Positions 1 through 7,650 of a stretch of 43,937 bases of DNA are shown here, piece after piece. The first letter of the stretch is position 1, and each line of letters starts with the position of its first letter. Source of the DNA: Candidatus Aminicenantes bacterium (GTDB taxonomy: Bacteria > Acidobacteriota > Aminicenantia > Aminicenantales > Saccharicenantaceae); the NCBI GenBank assembly GCA_041304225.1, contig JBFYNT010000029.1, forward strand, positions 1 through 43,937, written 5' to 3'. Under the pieces are notes generated by a model that made no database searches, had not been told where the DNA came from, and was given only the letters and a program-made list of their open reading frames with translations. The position numbers and the translations under genes were made by a program.

Positions 1-9
1 CGGCGATGG

Positions 10-45
10 GAAATATCTTAAGAAAGCGCTATTTGAAGATATTTC
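10..45. repeat. AT-rich perfect 10-bp inverted repeat (GAAATATCTT, 16-nt loop, AAGATATTTC)
   Basis: Read directly: 10-19 GAAATATCTT and 36-45 AAGATATTTC are exact reverse complements. The AT-rich island lies in a GC-rich non-coding stretch downstream of the ydbL-like gene. Confidence 0.5.
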
Positions 46-192
46 GCAGAAGCCCGGCTCCGAGTCGCTACGCCGTGCTTCTGCCCGGTCCCTCCCAAGA
101 GTCCGCGTCCCGTTCCCCGGGGGGCCGGGGAGCCAGAGGATATCCCCGAGCCAAAGTCCGAGAGAGGGACTTCCCGGAATCCGGAGAAGAAC

Positions 193-780
193 CTATTTCT
201 TGGCCCAGGCGCCGTCCTCTTTCTGGACCCACCAGCCGGCGGCCGCGCTCTTGGCCCATTCCTCGGCGAAGATCTTCTGGATCTTCTCGATCTGGTTGGC
301 TTCGATGGCGAGGGCCTTGGCCACCTCGGCGTAGAGCTTCGTCCGGTCGGCGTTCTCGTCGCGGACCGCGTTGCGGAGGGCCGCCTTGGCCTGGAGGTTC
401 AGGCCGGCCTCGTCTCGGACCTCGAGCCATCCCTTGTTCGTTTCGCCCACGTTGCCGGCGTCGAAGTAGGGCTTGAGCGAAGGGAAGCGGTTCCTCATCG
501 ACTCCTTGAGGGCCCGGATGGCCGGCGTGGAGACGCTCGTGGCCTCCTGGGCGAAGGCGGCGGGGACGAGCGTGAACGGCCCGGCCTCGCGGAGGGCCGG
601 CGGCCGGAAGGACGCTTCGGGGCCCTTCTTCTCGCCTTCCGTCTTGCGGATCTCGTCGACGATCTCGGCCGCGGCCTGCTTGACCGTGGCTTCGGGGAAG
701 TAGATGTTGACGGTGATGCAGGCCAGGACGAAGAGGAGGCCCACGGCCGCGGCCGTCCCCAGGGCGTATCGTTTGTTCAT
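193..780 (-). CDS. YdbL-family (DUF1318) protein with N-terminal signal/lipobox segment (possible YnbE-YdbL fusion)
   Basis: 195-aa ORF with SD AAGGAGGA 7 nt upstream. The N-terminus has a signal peptide and lipobox-like FVLAC. The C-terminal ~95 aa carry YdbL-like motifs (GNVGETNKGWLEV, ENADRTKLY, GWWVQKEDGAWAKK). It lies 26 nt downstream of the YdbH-like gene. Confidence 0.7.
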   Translation of the reverse strand: MNKRYALGTAAAVGLLFVLACITVNIYFPEATVKQAAAEIVDEIRKTEGEKKGPEASFRPPALREAGPFTLVPAAFAQEATSVSTPAIRALKESMRNRFPSLKPYFDAGNVGETNKGWLEVRDEAGLNLQAKAALRNAVRDENADRTKLYAEVAKALAIEANQIEKIQKIFAEEWAKSAAAGWWVQKEDGAWAKK

Positions 781-806
781 GTCGTCATCCTCCTTGCGGT
801 GTGTCG

Positions 807-3800
807 CTATTTATCGGATTGGCCGACCCTCTTGAGCCGGTTCGTCATCTCCTTGAAGCTGATGACCTTGCCGGGTTCCCGGTTCACGACACTTATACCA
901 AAAAGCGCCGGTTTCTTCACCAGGTACTCGATCCCGCCCTCCCGGATGGTCCCGTTGAGGGTGAAGGTGTCGTTGCGGAGCGTGCTGACGAGGCCCAGCT
1001 TCTCGTAGCGGAAGCCGCGGATGAAGCGCATCCAGAAGCCCCCCGTCCCGGACGAGGTCTGCTGGCCCGAACTGAGGACGGTCAGGTTGTCGACGGCCTT
1101 GAGGCTGAAAGTCTGGGGGACGCCCTTGCGGGGCACGGACTCGAGCCGGAACGTGAACCGCTCCGGCTGCATGTAGCTGATGACCAAGTCGCGGATCTCG
1201 CCGCGGACGATGCCCGTGACCTCGCCGAAGGGGACCTCGTCGGTGAGCTTCTTCAGGTCGAGATCGACCAGGTCGACGTTCAGGGAAACGGAACGGCCCC
1301 GGGTGAACGGATCGGTCACGGCGAAATCGCGCAGGACGACCTTGCCGCCGAAGACGTCGGCCTCGCCGCGGCCGGAGACGCCGACGCGGTCGGTGCCGAT
1401 GTCGAGGACCGGGAATTCCGCCCGGACCTTGCCGGTCAGCTTGAACTGGGGCGAGGCGACGGGGAAGCGGGCGATGTCGAGCTCGCGGAGGGCGAGCGAT
1501 CCGAGACCGTGGATGGCGCCGGAAGCGGGATCGAGGCGGAAAGTCGTCCGGCCGAGCTCGAGCCGGCCGCCGAAGAGCTCGAGAGAGAGCGGCTCGAGGC
1601 CCAGGGCATTGACGCCGGAGCGCAGGCCGATCTCCACGGATCTCAAGGTCAGGGCCGGGGACTGGAACTCGTCAAGACGCAGGAAGCCCTTCTCGGGCAG
1701 GGGCCCGTCGGAGGCCGGGGGGGCGGATTCGTAGCGGACGGGGACGTCGGCGGAGAGGCCGATGAAGAGGGTCTTCGACCCGGGATTCTCGACGTTCGCG
1801 CCGGCGAGCGTGATCCGGCCCTCGGCCGAGAGCGCGCCGCCGGTCCTGCGGAGCCGGAGCGACGCGCCGAGCGCGCCCTCGAGCTTCATCCGGGACTCCT
1901 CGGAGACGCCGGCCTGGGTGTAGAGCGAGTAGAGAGGGCCGAGGCTGAGGCGCGCGTCCGTCCGCAGGTCGAACGAGGGCGCGGGGAGCGTCACGGCCGA
2001 ACCGGCGACGTCGACGGCGCCGATCGTCGACAGGTCCGCGCGGGCCGTCAGCCCGTCGACGGCGCCCGTGACCGGGTCGTAGCGGCCGCCGAAGGTGAGC
2101 GCGAGCGGGTGCTGGCTCCAGGAGACATAGACCGCCTTCCAGAGCGATTCGCCCTGCCGGAGGGCGAGCCCGCCCGTGAACGAAACGGCCGGCGAGTCGG
2201 CGGACCGGGCGGCCTCGAACGTGACGACCGGATCGAGGCCTTCGCCGGCGACGGTGAAGGACGGGTCGTTGAACCGGGCCCCACTGAGGGAGAGGGCGCC
2301 GGAGGCGGCCCAGCCGGCCCGGGCCCCCGCCGGGCGGCGGGCGGAGAGCGACAGGTCGGCCGTGCCGGCGAGGTCCCAACCGGCGAGGGCCGGCGGGACG
2401 AGCGGCGCGGCCAGGCCGCGCAGGGAGGCGACGTCGAGGCCGCGGCTCTCGAGCCGGATTTCCATCTCGCGGATACGGCCAAAGCCGTAGCGGCCCGAGA
2501 AGCGGAGAGGCGCGAGGCCGGGAAGGACGGCGTCGAGCCTGGTCAACGAGAGAACCCGGGAATTCAGGTCGAGCCGGCCGGACGCCGAAACGTCGGCGCG
2601 CTCGAAGGCAAGCGCTTGGCCGCCACCCAGGCCGAGATCGAGGCCGGCGAGTCGCGCGTCGAGACGGGAGATGGAGGCCGCGGCCTTCGTGCCCGAAGCG
2701 GCGAGGCGAAGGGAGGAACGGGCGACCGCGAAGCCGGAAGACGCGATCCGTCCCAGGGACGCGCTCAGGTCGACCGATAGCCGGGGGTCCGCCGTCGGAC
2801 CGGAGGCCTCGATCCGGCCGTCGGCGCGGAGGTGAAGGGGCCGGCCGTCCAGGACGGTATCGATCTCGACGCCTTCGAGCGTCAGTGTCGCGGCGAGGCC
2901 GTCCTTCGGCTCCCGGCTCGATTGTTGGAGAACATACGTCCCGGAGAGGCCGGCGCGCCCCCGGAGCCGGGCGCCGCGCAACGCCGGGGGCAGACGCGGC
3001 CCGACGAGCGCGGCGGCGGCCTCGAGGTCCTCGACGCGCAGGCCGGCCCTGGTCTCCAGGAAGACATGGCGCCCGGCGATGCCGGAGCCCGTGCCGTCGA
3101 GAGCGAAGAGCCCGGGGACGGTGACCATGAGGCGTGACACGGTGAGCTCGCCGGCGGAGCGTTCGAAGCGGCCGGTCAGGGCCAGGTCGAGCGCGGCGAC
3201 CGTATGCTCGATGCCGCCCGTCGCGAGTCGCGGCGCGCTCAAGGCGAACTCGGAATCGACCATGAATGGCGAGACTAGGCCGAGGCGGCCGGAGGACGCC
3301 AATCCGGTCGAGAAGGCGGATCCGCCGTCCTTGCTCCCGAAGTCGATGGCGGCGTTCGCGATGGTGTAAGCGATGACGGCTCCCCGCTCACCGGGCGTCA
3401 GGACGATCGCCAGCCTGTCGATATCGATGCGGCTGGGGATGAAGTCGAGCGTGAGGCGGGAGTCCTTCAAGGAGATGCGGCCCGCCCAGGCCAGGGCGTC
3501 CGCGGCCTGAAGGAGCAGGGCCTCGATGTCGAACGGCTCTTCGGAGACGGCCTTTTGCTCGAGGCGAAGGGTGAGGCCTTCGACCGCGATCGAGTCGAGC
3601 GCGGGCTTGACGCCCCGAATGAGCTTCCAGAAGCTCCCGGCCGCCTCGAGCCGGGCGACGGTCGCCCCCAGCTTCTGGAAGGCGTCCTCGCGGCCGGCCG
3701 CGAGGCCTTCCACGGTGACGCGGAAGGGGAAGATCGAGTAGTCCAGCCGGTCGAACCCGGCCGCCGGACCGGCCAGCTTCACGAGCTGTCGACGGACGAT

Positions 3801-3917
3801 GCCGCGGACGAGGGGCTTGTCGAAGAGAACGAGCAGGGAAGCCGCGACGGCCAGGAAGGCGAACGCGCCGAGGGCGACGCCCGTGATCTTGAGGGTCTTC
3901 CTGAGCCCTTTCTTCAT
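807..3917 (-). CDS. AsmA-family / YdbH-like large envelope protein (putative intermembrane lipid-transfer bridge)
   Basis: 1036 aa with a single N-terminal TM helix (ITGVALGAFAFLAVAASLLVLF) followed by a long beta-rich Ala/Gly/Leu/Ser body typical of AsmA/TamB-like proteins. The C-terminal ~150 aa resemble the YdbH C-terminal domain. Synteny with a ydbL-like gene supports the call. Confidence 0.6.
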   Translation of the reverse strand: MKKGLRKTLKITGVALGAFAFLAVAASLLVLFDKPLVRGIVRRQLVKLAGPAAGFDRLDYSIFPFRVTVEGLAAGREDAFQKLGATVARLEAAGSFWKLIRGVKPALDSIAVEGLTLRLEQKAVSEEPFDIEALLLQAADALAWAGRISLKDSRLTLDFIPSRIDIDRLAIVLTPGERGAVIAYTIANAAIDFGSKDGGSAFSTGLASSGRLGLVSPFMVDSEFALSAPRLATGGIEHTVAALDLALTGRFERSAGELTVSRLMVTVPGLFALDGTGSGIAGRHVFLETRAGLRVEDLEAAAALVGPRLPPALRGARLRGRAGLSGTYVLQQSSREPKDGLAATLTLEGVEIDTVLDGRPLHLRADGRIEASGPTADPRLSVDLSASLGRIASSGFAVARSSLRLAASGTKAAASISRLDARLAGLDLGLGGGQALAFERADVSASGRLDLNSRVLSLTRLDAVLPGLAPLRFSGRYGFGRIREMEIRLESRGLDVASLRGLAAPLVPPALAGWDLAGTADLSLSARRPAGARAGWAASGALSLSGARFNDPSFTVAGEGLDPVVTFEAARSADSPAVSFTGGLALRQGESLWKAVYVSWSQHPLALTFGGRYDPVTGAVDGLTARADLSTIGAVDVAGSAVTLPAPSFDLRTDARLSLGPLYSLYTQAGVSEESRMKLEGALGASLRLRRTGGALSAEGRITLAGANVENPGSKTLFIGLSADVPVRYESAPPASDGPLPEKGFLRLDEFQSPALTLRSVEIGLRSGVNALGLEPLSLELFGGRLELGRTTFRLDPASGAIHGLGSLALRELDIARFPVASPQFKLTGKVRAEFPVLDIGTDRVGVSGRGEADVFGGKVVLRDFAVTDPFTRGRSVSLNVDLVDLDLKKLTDEVPFGEVTGIVRGEIRDLVISYMQPERFTFRLESVPRKGVPQTFSLKAVDNLTVLSSGQQTSSGTGGFWMRFIRGFRYEKLGLVSTLRNDTFTLNGTIREGGIEYLVKKPALFGISVVNREPGKVISFKEMTNRLKRVGQSDK

Positions 3918-3926
3918 GGTCCCCGA

Positions 3927-5834
3927 TTATTTGTCGCTGGAGACGAGCGTCACGCGGCCGTCGAAGTCGGTGACGACGACGTCCCGCCCGCTTAGCGGGG
4001 TCACGGTATTGATGAGGGCGGCGCCGACCCGGTGTTTCCACTTGACGGCCCCGGTCGCGGCGTCGAGGGCCAGAAGCAGTCCGTTCTTCGTGCCGTAGAA
4101 GACGACGCCGTCCCGCTCGACGAGCATGGCCGAGTTGGTGTCGGCGCCGAATCCCGCGTCGGTCTCCCAGACCGTCTCCTGGGCGTCGGCGTCCGAGGCG
4201 ACGGCGGCGATGACGTTCTCCGTCGTCCGGACGTAGACGCGCCGGCCGTCCGCCGAGAGGCCGATCGATTCCCGGACGGCCAGATTATCGGTGCCCCAGA
4301 TCTCACGTCCCGAGGCCAGCTCGAGGGCCGTCATCCACGGGCCCGGGGTCACGATGAATACGCGTCCCCCGGCGGCGACGGGCCAGCACGCGGCCGGGGA
4401 ATAATACCGGCTCGGCCGTTCCCCGGTCCAGGTCCAGACCGGCTTGCCTGTCTTCGCGTCGAGCGCGTAGAGCCGTCCGTCCCAAGCCCCAAAGACGACC
4501 ATGCCGTCCGCGACGAGCGCCCGGGTCTCGACGAAGCCCTCGACGCCGTCGTAGCTCCAGACGGCCATCCCCGTATTCAAGCTGATAGCCCGGAAGACAT
4601 GGTCGCTCGAGCCGATGAAAACGACGCCGTCCGCGACGCTCGGGCTGGCGACGACGGGCCCGCCCGTCTGGACCTTCCAGACGGGATCGCCGGTCCGGGC
4701 GTCGAGCGCCAGGATCGCCCCGCTCGTCGAGCCGAAGACGACCCGGCCGCCGGCGACCGCGGGCGTCGAATAGACCGGATCGTCCGTCTTGTATTCCCAA
4801 GCGATGCTGCCGTCCGCGACACGCAGGGCCCGGACCGCGCCCGAGGCGTCGCCGAAGACGACCGTTTCGCCGATGACGGCGGCGGAAGAGGCGATCGTCC
4901 AGCCGGCTTCGAAGCGCCAGCGCTCCCGGACCCCGGGGAATGGATCGTTGACGCCGAAGTCCGGGCGGGCCGGCGCGGAAGGCGCTTTCCCGGCCGGCCT
5001 CCCGCGCGTGACGACCGGCAGCCCGTTCTTCTCGAGCTCGATGCGGTGCCAGGGCGGCCCCGTCCGGCCGGCGGTCCGCTCCGCGAAGGTCACGGCCTTG
5101 GGCCCGATCTCGACGATCGTGTAGCCGGGCGCCGAATCCTTCGTCCCGATGTTGGCGCGGCCCATGACCCCGGCCAGGCCCTCGAAATCCATGGGTTGGT
5201 TCTTGTGACCGTGCCCGGCCAGGACGGCGACCGTGGGCACGGTCTTGAGCCGGTCGAGGACGACGTACCCGTTGGCGACGCTCCCGTCGAGCGGATAGTG
5301 GGTGACGAAGAAGGTCGGCTTCCGGGCCGCCCCCGGCTCCGCCAGGACCTCGTCGAGCCAGCGAACGTCCTGGGGCGCGAAGTGGCCGTCCCCGAACTTC
5401 ATGACGGGCCCCTGCGCCATCCCGACGAAGCGAAAACCGCCGCTCTCGAAGGCGAAGCGGTCGTCGCCCCAGATCCGCCGGAAATCCGAGCCGCCCGACT
5501 CCGACCATTTCGTGTCGTGGTTGCCGGGCAGGATGTGATAGGGGACCTCGAGACCGTCCAGAATGTCCTTGGCCGCGCGGAAGTTCGCGTAGAGGCCCAT
5601 GTCGGTGACGTCGCCGCTCACCAGGACGAAGGCGAGGCCCGTTTGTCTGTTGATGTCGGTAACGGAAGCCTTGAGGTCCGGCCCGCCGCGGTCCGAGCCC
5701 ACATGCGTGTCGCTCAGCCAGGCGAACCGGAGCGGGGCCTTCCCTCCGCCGGGCGGCGTGACCGCCCCGAAGAGGCCGAATCCGAGCAGGACGGCGCCCA
5801 GGAGCGGGGCGGCGAGCCGGCCGGGCTTCTTCAT
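3927..5834 (-). CDS. secreted calcineurin-like metallophosphoesterase fused to PQQ-like (BamB-type) beta-propeller repeats
   Basis: Metallophosphoesterase motifs are present: WLSDTHVG, SGDVTD, GNHD, GHGH. The C-terminal half has repeated G..V..G..dG.l.AlD..tG...W propeller blades. I chose Met28 of the track ORF (MKKPGRLAAPLLGAVLL signal peptide) as the start, because the longer ORF would begin inside the -35 box of its own promoter. Confidence 0.75.
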   Translation of the reverse strand: MKKPGRLAAPLLGAVLLGFGLFGAVTPPGGGKAPLRFAWLSDTHVGSDRGGPDLKASVTDINRQTGLAFVLVSGDVTDMGLYANFRAAKDILDGLEVPYHILPGNHDTKWSESGGSDFRRIWGDDRFAFESGGFRFVGMAQGPVMKFGDGHFAPQDVRWLDEVLAEPGAARKPTFFVTHYPLDGSVANGYVVLDRLKTVPTVAVLAGHGHKNQPMDFEGLAGVMGRANIGTKDSAPGYTIVEIGPKAVTFAERTAGRTGPPWHRIELEKNGLPVVTRGRPAGKAPSAPARPDFGVNDPFPGVRERWRFEAGWTIASSAAVIGETVVFGDASGAVRALRVADGSIAWEYKTDDPVYSTPAVAGGRVVFGSTSGAILALDARTGDPVWKVQTGGPVVASPSVADGVVFIGSSDHVFRAISLNTGMAVWSYDGVEGFVETRALVADGMVVFGAWDGRLYALDAKTGKPVWTWTGERPSRYYSPAACWPVAAGGRVFIVTPGPWMTALELASGREIWGTDNLAVRESIGLSADGRRVYVRTTENVIAAVASDADAQETVWETDAGFGADTNSAMLVERDGVVFYGTKNGLLLALDAATGAVKWKHRVGAALINTVTPLSGRDVVVTDFDGRVTLVSSDK

Positions 5835-5886
5835 GGGGCAGATTCTCGGGGCGAACAGGCTATCGCGCAAAGGCGCTGTCGCCTCA

Positions 5887-5915
5887 ATCGTAGGGCCTGG
5901 CCCGCGTCTTGTCAA
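5887..5915 (-). promoter_or_regulatory. sigma70-like promoter TTGACA-17-TACGAT for the phosphoesterase/ydbH/ydbL operon
   Basis: On the minus strand, TTGACA is at 5915-5910, followed by a 17-nt spacer and TACGAT at 5892-5887. This is about 50 nt upstream of the ATG at 5834. Confidence 0.6.
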
Positions 5916-5932
5916 CCGCCCGGCCGGACGGA

Positions 5933-5961
5933 TTGACGGGGCCGGCCCCGGGCGGTAAACT
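5933..5961 (+). promoter_or_regulatory. sigma70-like promoter TTGACG-17-TAAACT for the flavoprotein/hydrolase operon
   Basis: TTGACG at 5933-5938, 17-nt spacer, TAAACT at 5956-5961. SD AAGAGG at 5988-5993 lies 7 nt before the ATG at 6001. It sits back-to-back with the divergent promoter. Confidence 0.55.
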
Positions 5962-6000
5962 TAGGTCCCGAACCGGCCGTTAGATAAAAGAGGTGCGGAA

Positions 6001-7647
6001 ATGCCGAACAACGCCTGGGACCGCCGCGAATTCCTCAAAACGATCCTGGCCGGGATGCCGCTCCTGGCCTGGGACTGGAGCGCCTTCCCCCGGGGCGGGC
6101 AGGACAAGCTCCCGCCCGGGACCTACGACGCCGTCGTCATCGGCGCGGGCCTCGGCGGCCTCAGCGCGGCCGCGTCCTTCGCCCGTCAGGGATACAAGGT
6201 CCTCGTCCTCGAGCAACACAGCGTCGCCGGCGGATACGCCTCGGCCTTCACCCGGCCCGGCGGTTTTACCTTCGACGTCTCGCTCCATTCGACGACGGTC
6301 GGCCTCCGTGACGGCGTCGCCAACCTCATTTACGGCTTTCCCGAGATCCTCGATATCGCTTTCCTGCCGCACAAGACCCTCTACCGCACCATTTACCCGG
6401 ACTACGATATCAGGGTCCCCCACATGAACATCCCCGGCTACGTCGCCATCCTCAAGAAGAACTTCCCGGGCGACGAAGAGGCCATCGACGGCATGTTCGC
6501 CGACATGAAGGGCCTCGCGGACGACGTGGGGAAGCTCGCCAACGCCAGCGGCCCTCCCGACATGGCCAACTTCCCGAAGAACTTCCCGCACCTCTTCAAG
6601 AACTTCAACCGGACCTGGGGGGCGATGCTGGACGAACGGGTCAAGAACCCCAAGCTCAAAGCCGTCATCTCGGGGCTGTGGGGTTACTTCGGTCTGCCGC
6701 CGTCCAAGCTCTCCCCTTTCTACTATGCCATGCCCCTCATGGGCTACCTCGAAGGCGGCGGCTATTACCCCGTCGGGACATCCCAAAAGATCAGCGACGC
6801 CTTCGTCGGCTTGATCAAGAAGAACGGCGGCGAGGTCAAGCTCAACGCCAAGGTCGAGACGATCCTCGTCCGCGACCACGCCGCCACCGGCGTCCGGACC
6901 GCGGACGGCGCGGAAATCCGCGGCCGGGCCGTCATCTCGAACGCCAATGCCATCGACACCCTCGGCCGGATGATGCCCGACGAAAAGGACTTCCTCAAGG
7001 ACCTGACGGCGCGGATGGACAAGTATTCCGTCAGCTACTCGACCTTGCTTGTTTGGTTGGGTCTCAAGACCGATCTCGTCCGCAAGGTCGGGCTCAAGGA
7101 AAGCGAGATCTTCTATCACACCGGCTACGACATCGAGGCGGAGTACAAGGCCGTCATGGCCGGGGGGCTGCCGGACGAACCGGACTTCGGGCTGACCGTC
7201 TACGACAACCTCGGCCCCGGCTTCTCCCCCAAGGGCAAGAACACCCTCAACATCATCGCCACCCAGGGATTCGATTACTGGAAGAAATTCGAGGCCGACT
7301 ATTTCTACGGCAAAAAGGACGCCTACAATAAGGAAAAGATGCGCTTGGCCGACATCCTGATCGACAAGGTCGAGAAGAAGTTCCTGCCGGGACTGCGCAA
7401 AGCCATCGAGGTGGTCGAAGTGGCGACGCCCCTGACCAACGTCCGCTTCACCTCGAACCCCCGCGGGGCGATCTACGGCTTTGACCAGACCGTCGACAAT
7501 TCGGGACAGCGGCGCTTCCCGCAAAGAACACCCATCAAGAACCTCTTTCTCTCGGGCGCCTGGACCTTCCCCGGGGGCGGCTACGGCGCCTGCATCCCCA
7601 GCGGCCTGGCCTGTTTCGCCGAAGTGATGAAGGATTGGAAGGGCTGA
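6001..7647 (+). CDS. Tat-signal FAD/NAD(P)-dependent oxidoreductase, phytoene desaturase (CrtI)-like family
   Basis: Twin-arginine motif DRREFLKTILAG at the N-terminus. Rossmann dinucleotide motif YDAVVIGAGLGGLSAAASFARQGYKVLVLEQHSVAGGY. Length is 548 aa, and the C-terminal FLSGAWTFPGGG is typical of the CrtI-like family. Confidence 0.75.
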   Translation: MPNNAWDRREFLKTILAGMPLLAWDWSAFPRGGQDKLPPGTYDAVVIGAGLGGLSAAASFARQGYKVLVLEQHSVAGGYASAFTRPGGFTFDVSLHSTTVGLRDGVANLIYGFPEILDIAFLPHKTLYRTIYPDYDIRVPHMNIPGYVAILKKNFPGDEEAIDGMFADMKGLADDVGKLANASGPPDMANFPKNFPHLFKNFNRTWGAMLDERVKNPKLKAVISGLWGYFGLPPSKLSPFYYAMPLMGYLEGGGYYPVGTSQKISDAFVGLIKKNGGEVKLNAKVETILVRDHAATGVRTADGAEIRGRAVISNANAIDTLGRMMPDEKDFLKDLTARMDKYSVSYSTLLVWLGLKTDLVRKVGLKESEIFYHTGYDIEAEYKAVMAGGLPDEPDFGLTVYDNLGPGFSPKGKNTLNIIATQGFDYWKKFEADYFYGKKDAYNKEKMRLADILIDKVEKKFLPGLRKAIEVVEVATPLTNVRFTSNPRGAIYGFDQTVDNSGQRRFPQRTPIKNLFLSGAWTFPGGGYGACIPSGLACFAEVMKDWKG

Positions 7648-7650
7648 AAC

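Noticed and set aside
6-476. 156-aa and 120-aa Arg/Pro/Gly-rich ORFs at the left edge
   Set aside because: They have low-complexity composition, overlap the ydbL-like gene out of frame, and have no translation signals.
801-2780. 659-aa plus-strand ORF (and nested ORFs 1180-1734, 1672-2379, 2048-2482) opposite the YdbH-like gene
   Set aside because: Extreme Arg/Gly/Asp/Glu/Ala low-complexity composition, no SD, and wholly antisense to a gene with coherent features. This is the typical GC-rich shadow ORF.
4032-5936. 634-aa plus-strand ORF and 401-aa alternative-frame ORF (4303-5508) over the phosphoesterase-propeller gene
   Set aside because: The sequences are Arg/Asp/Gly/Pro-rich nonsense with no motifs. 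They lie antisense to, or out of frame with, a gene carrying clear metallophosphoesterase and propeller motifs.
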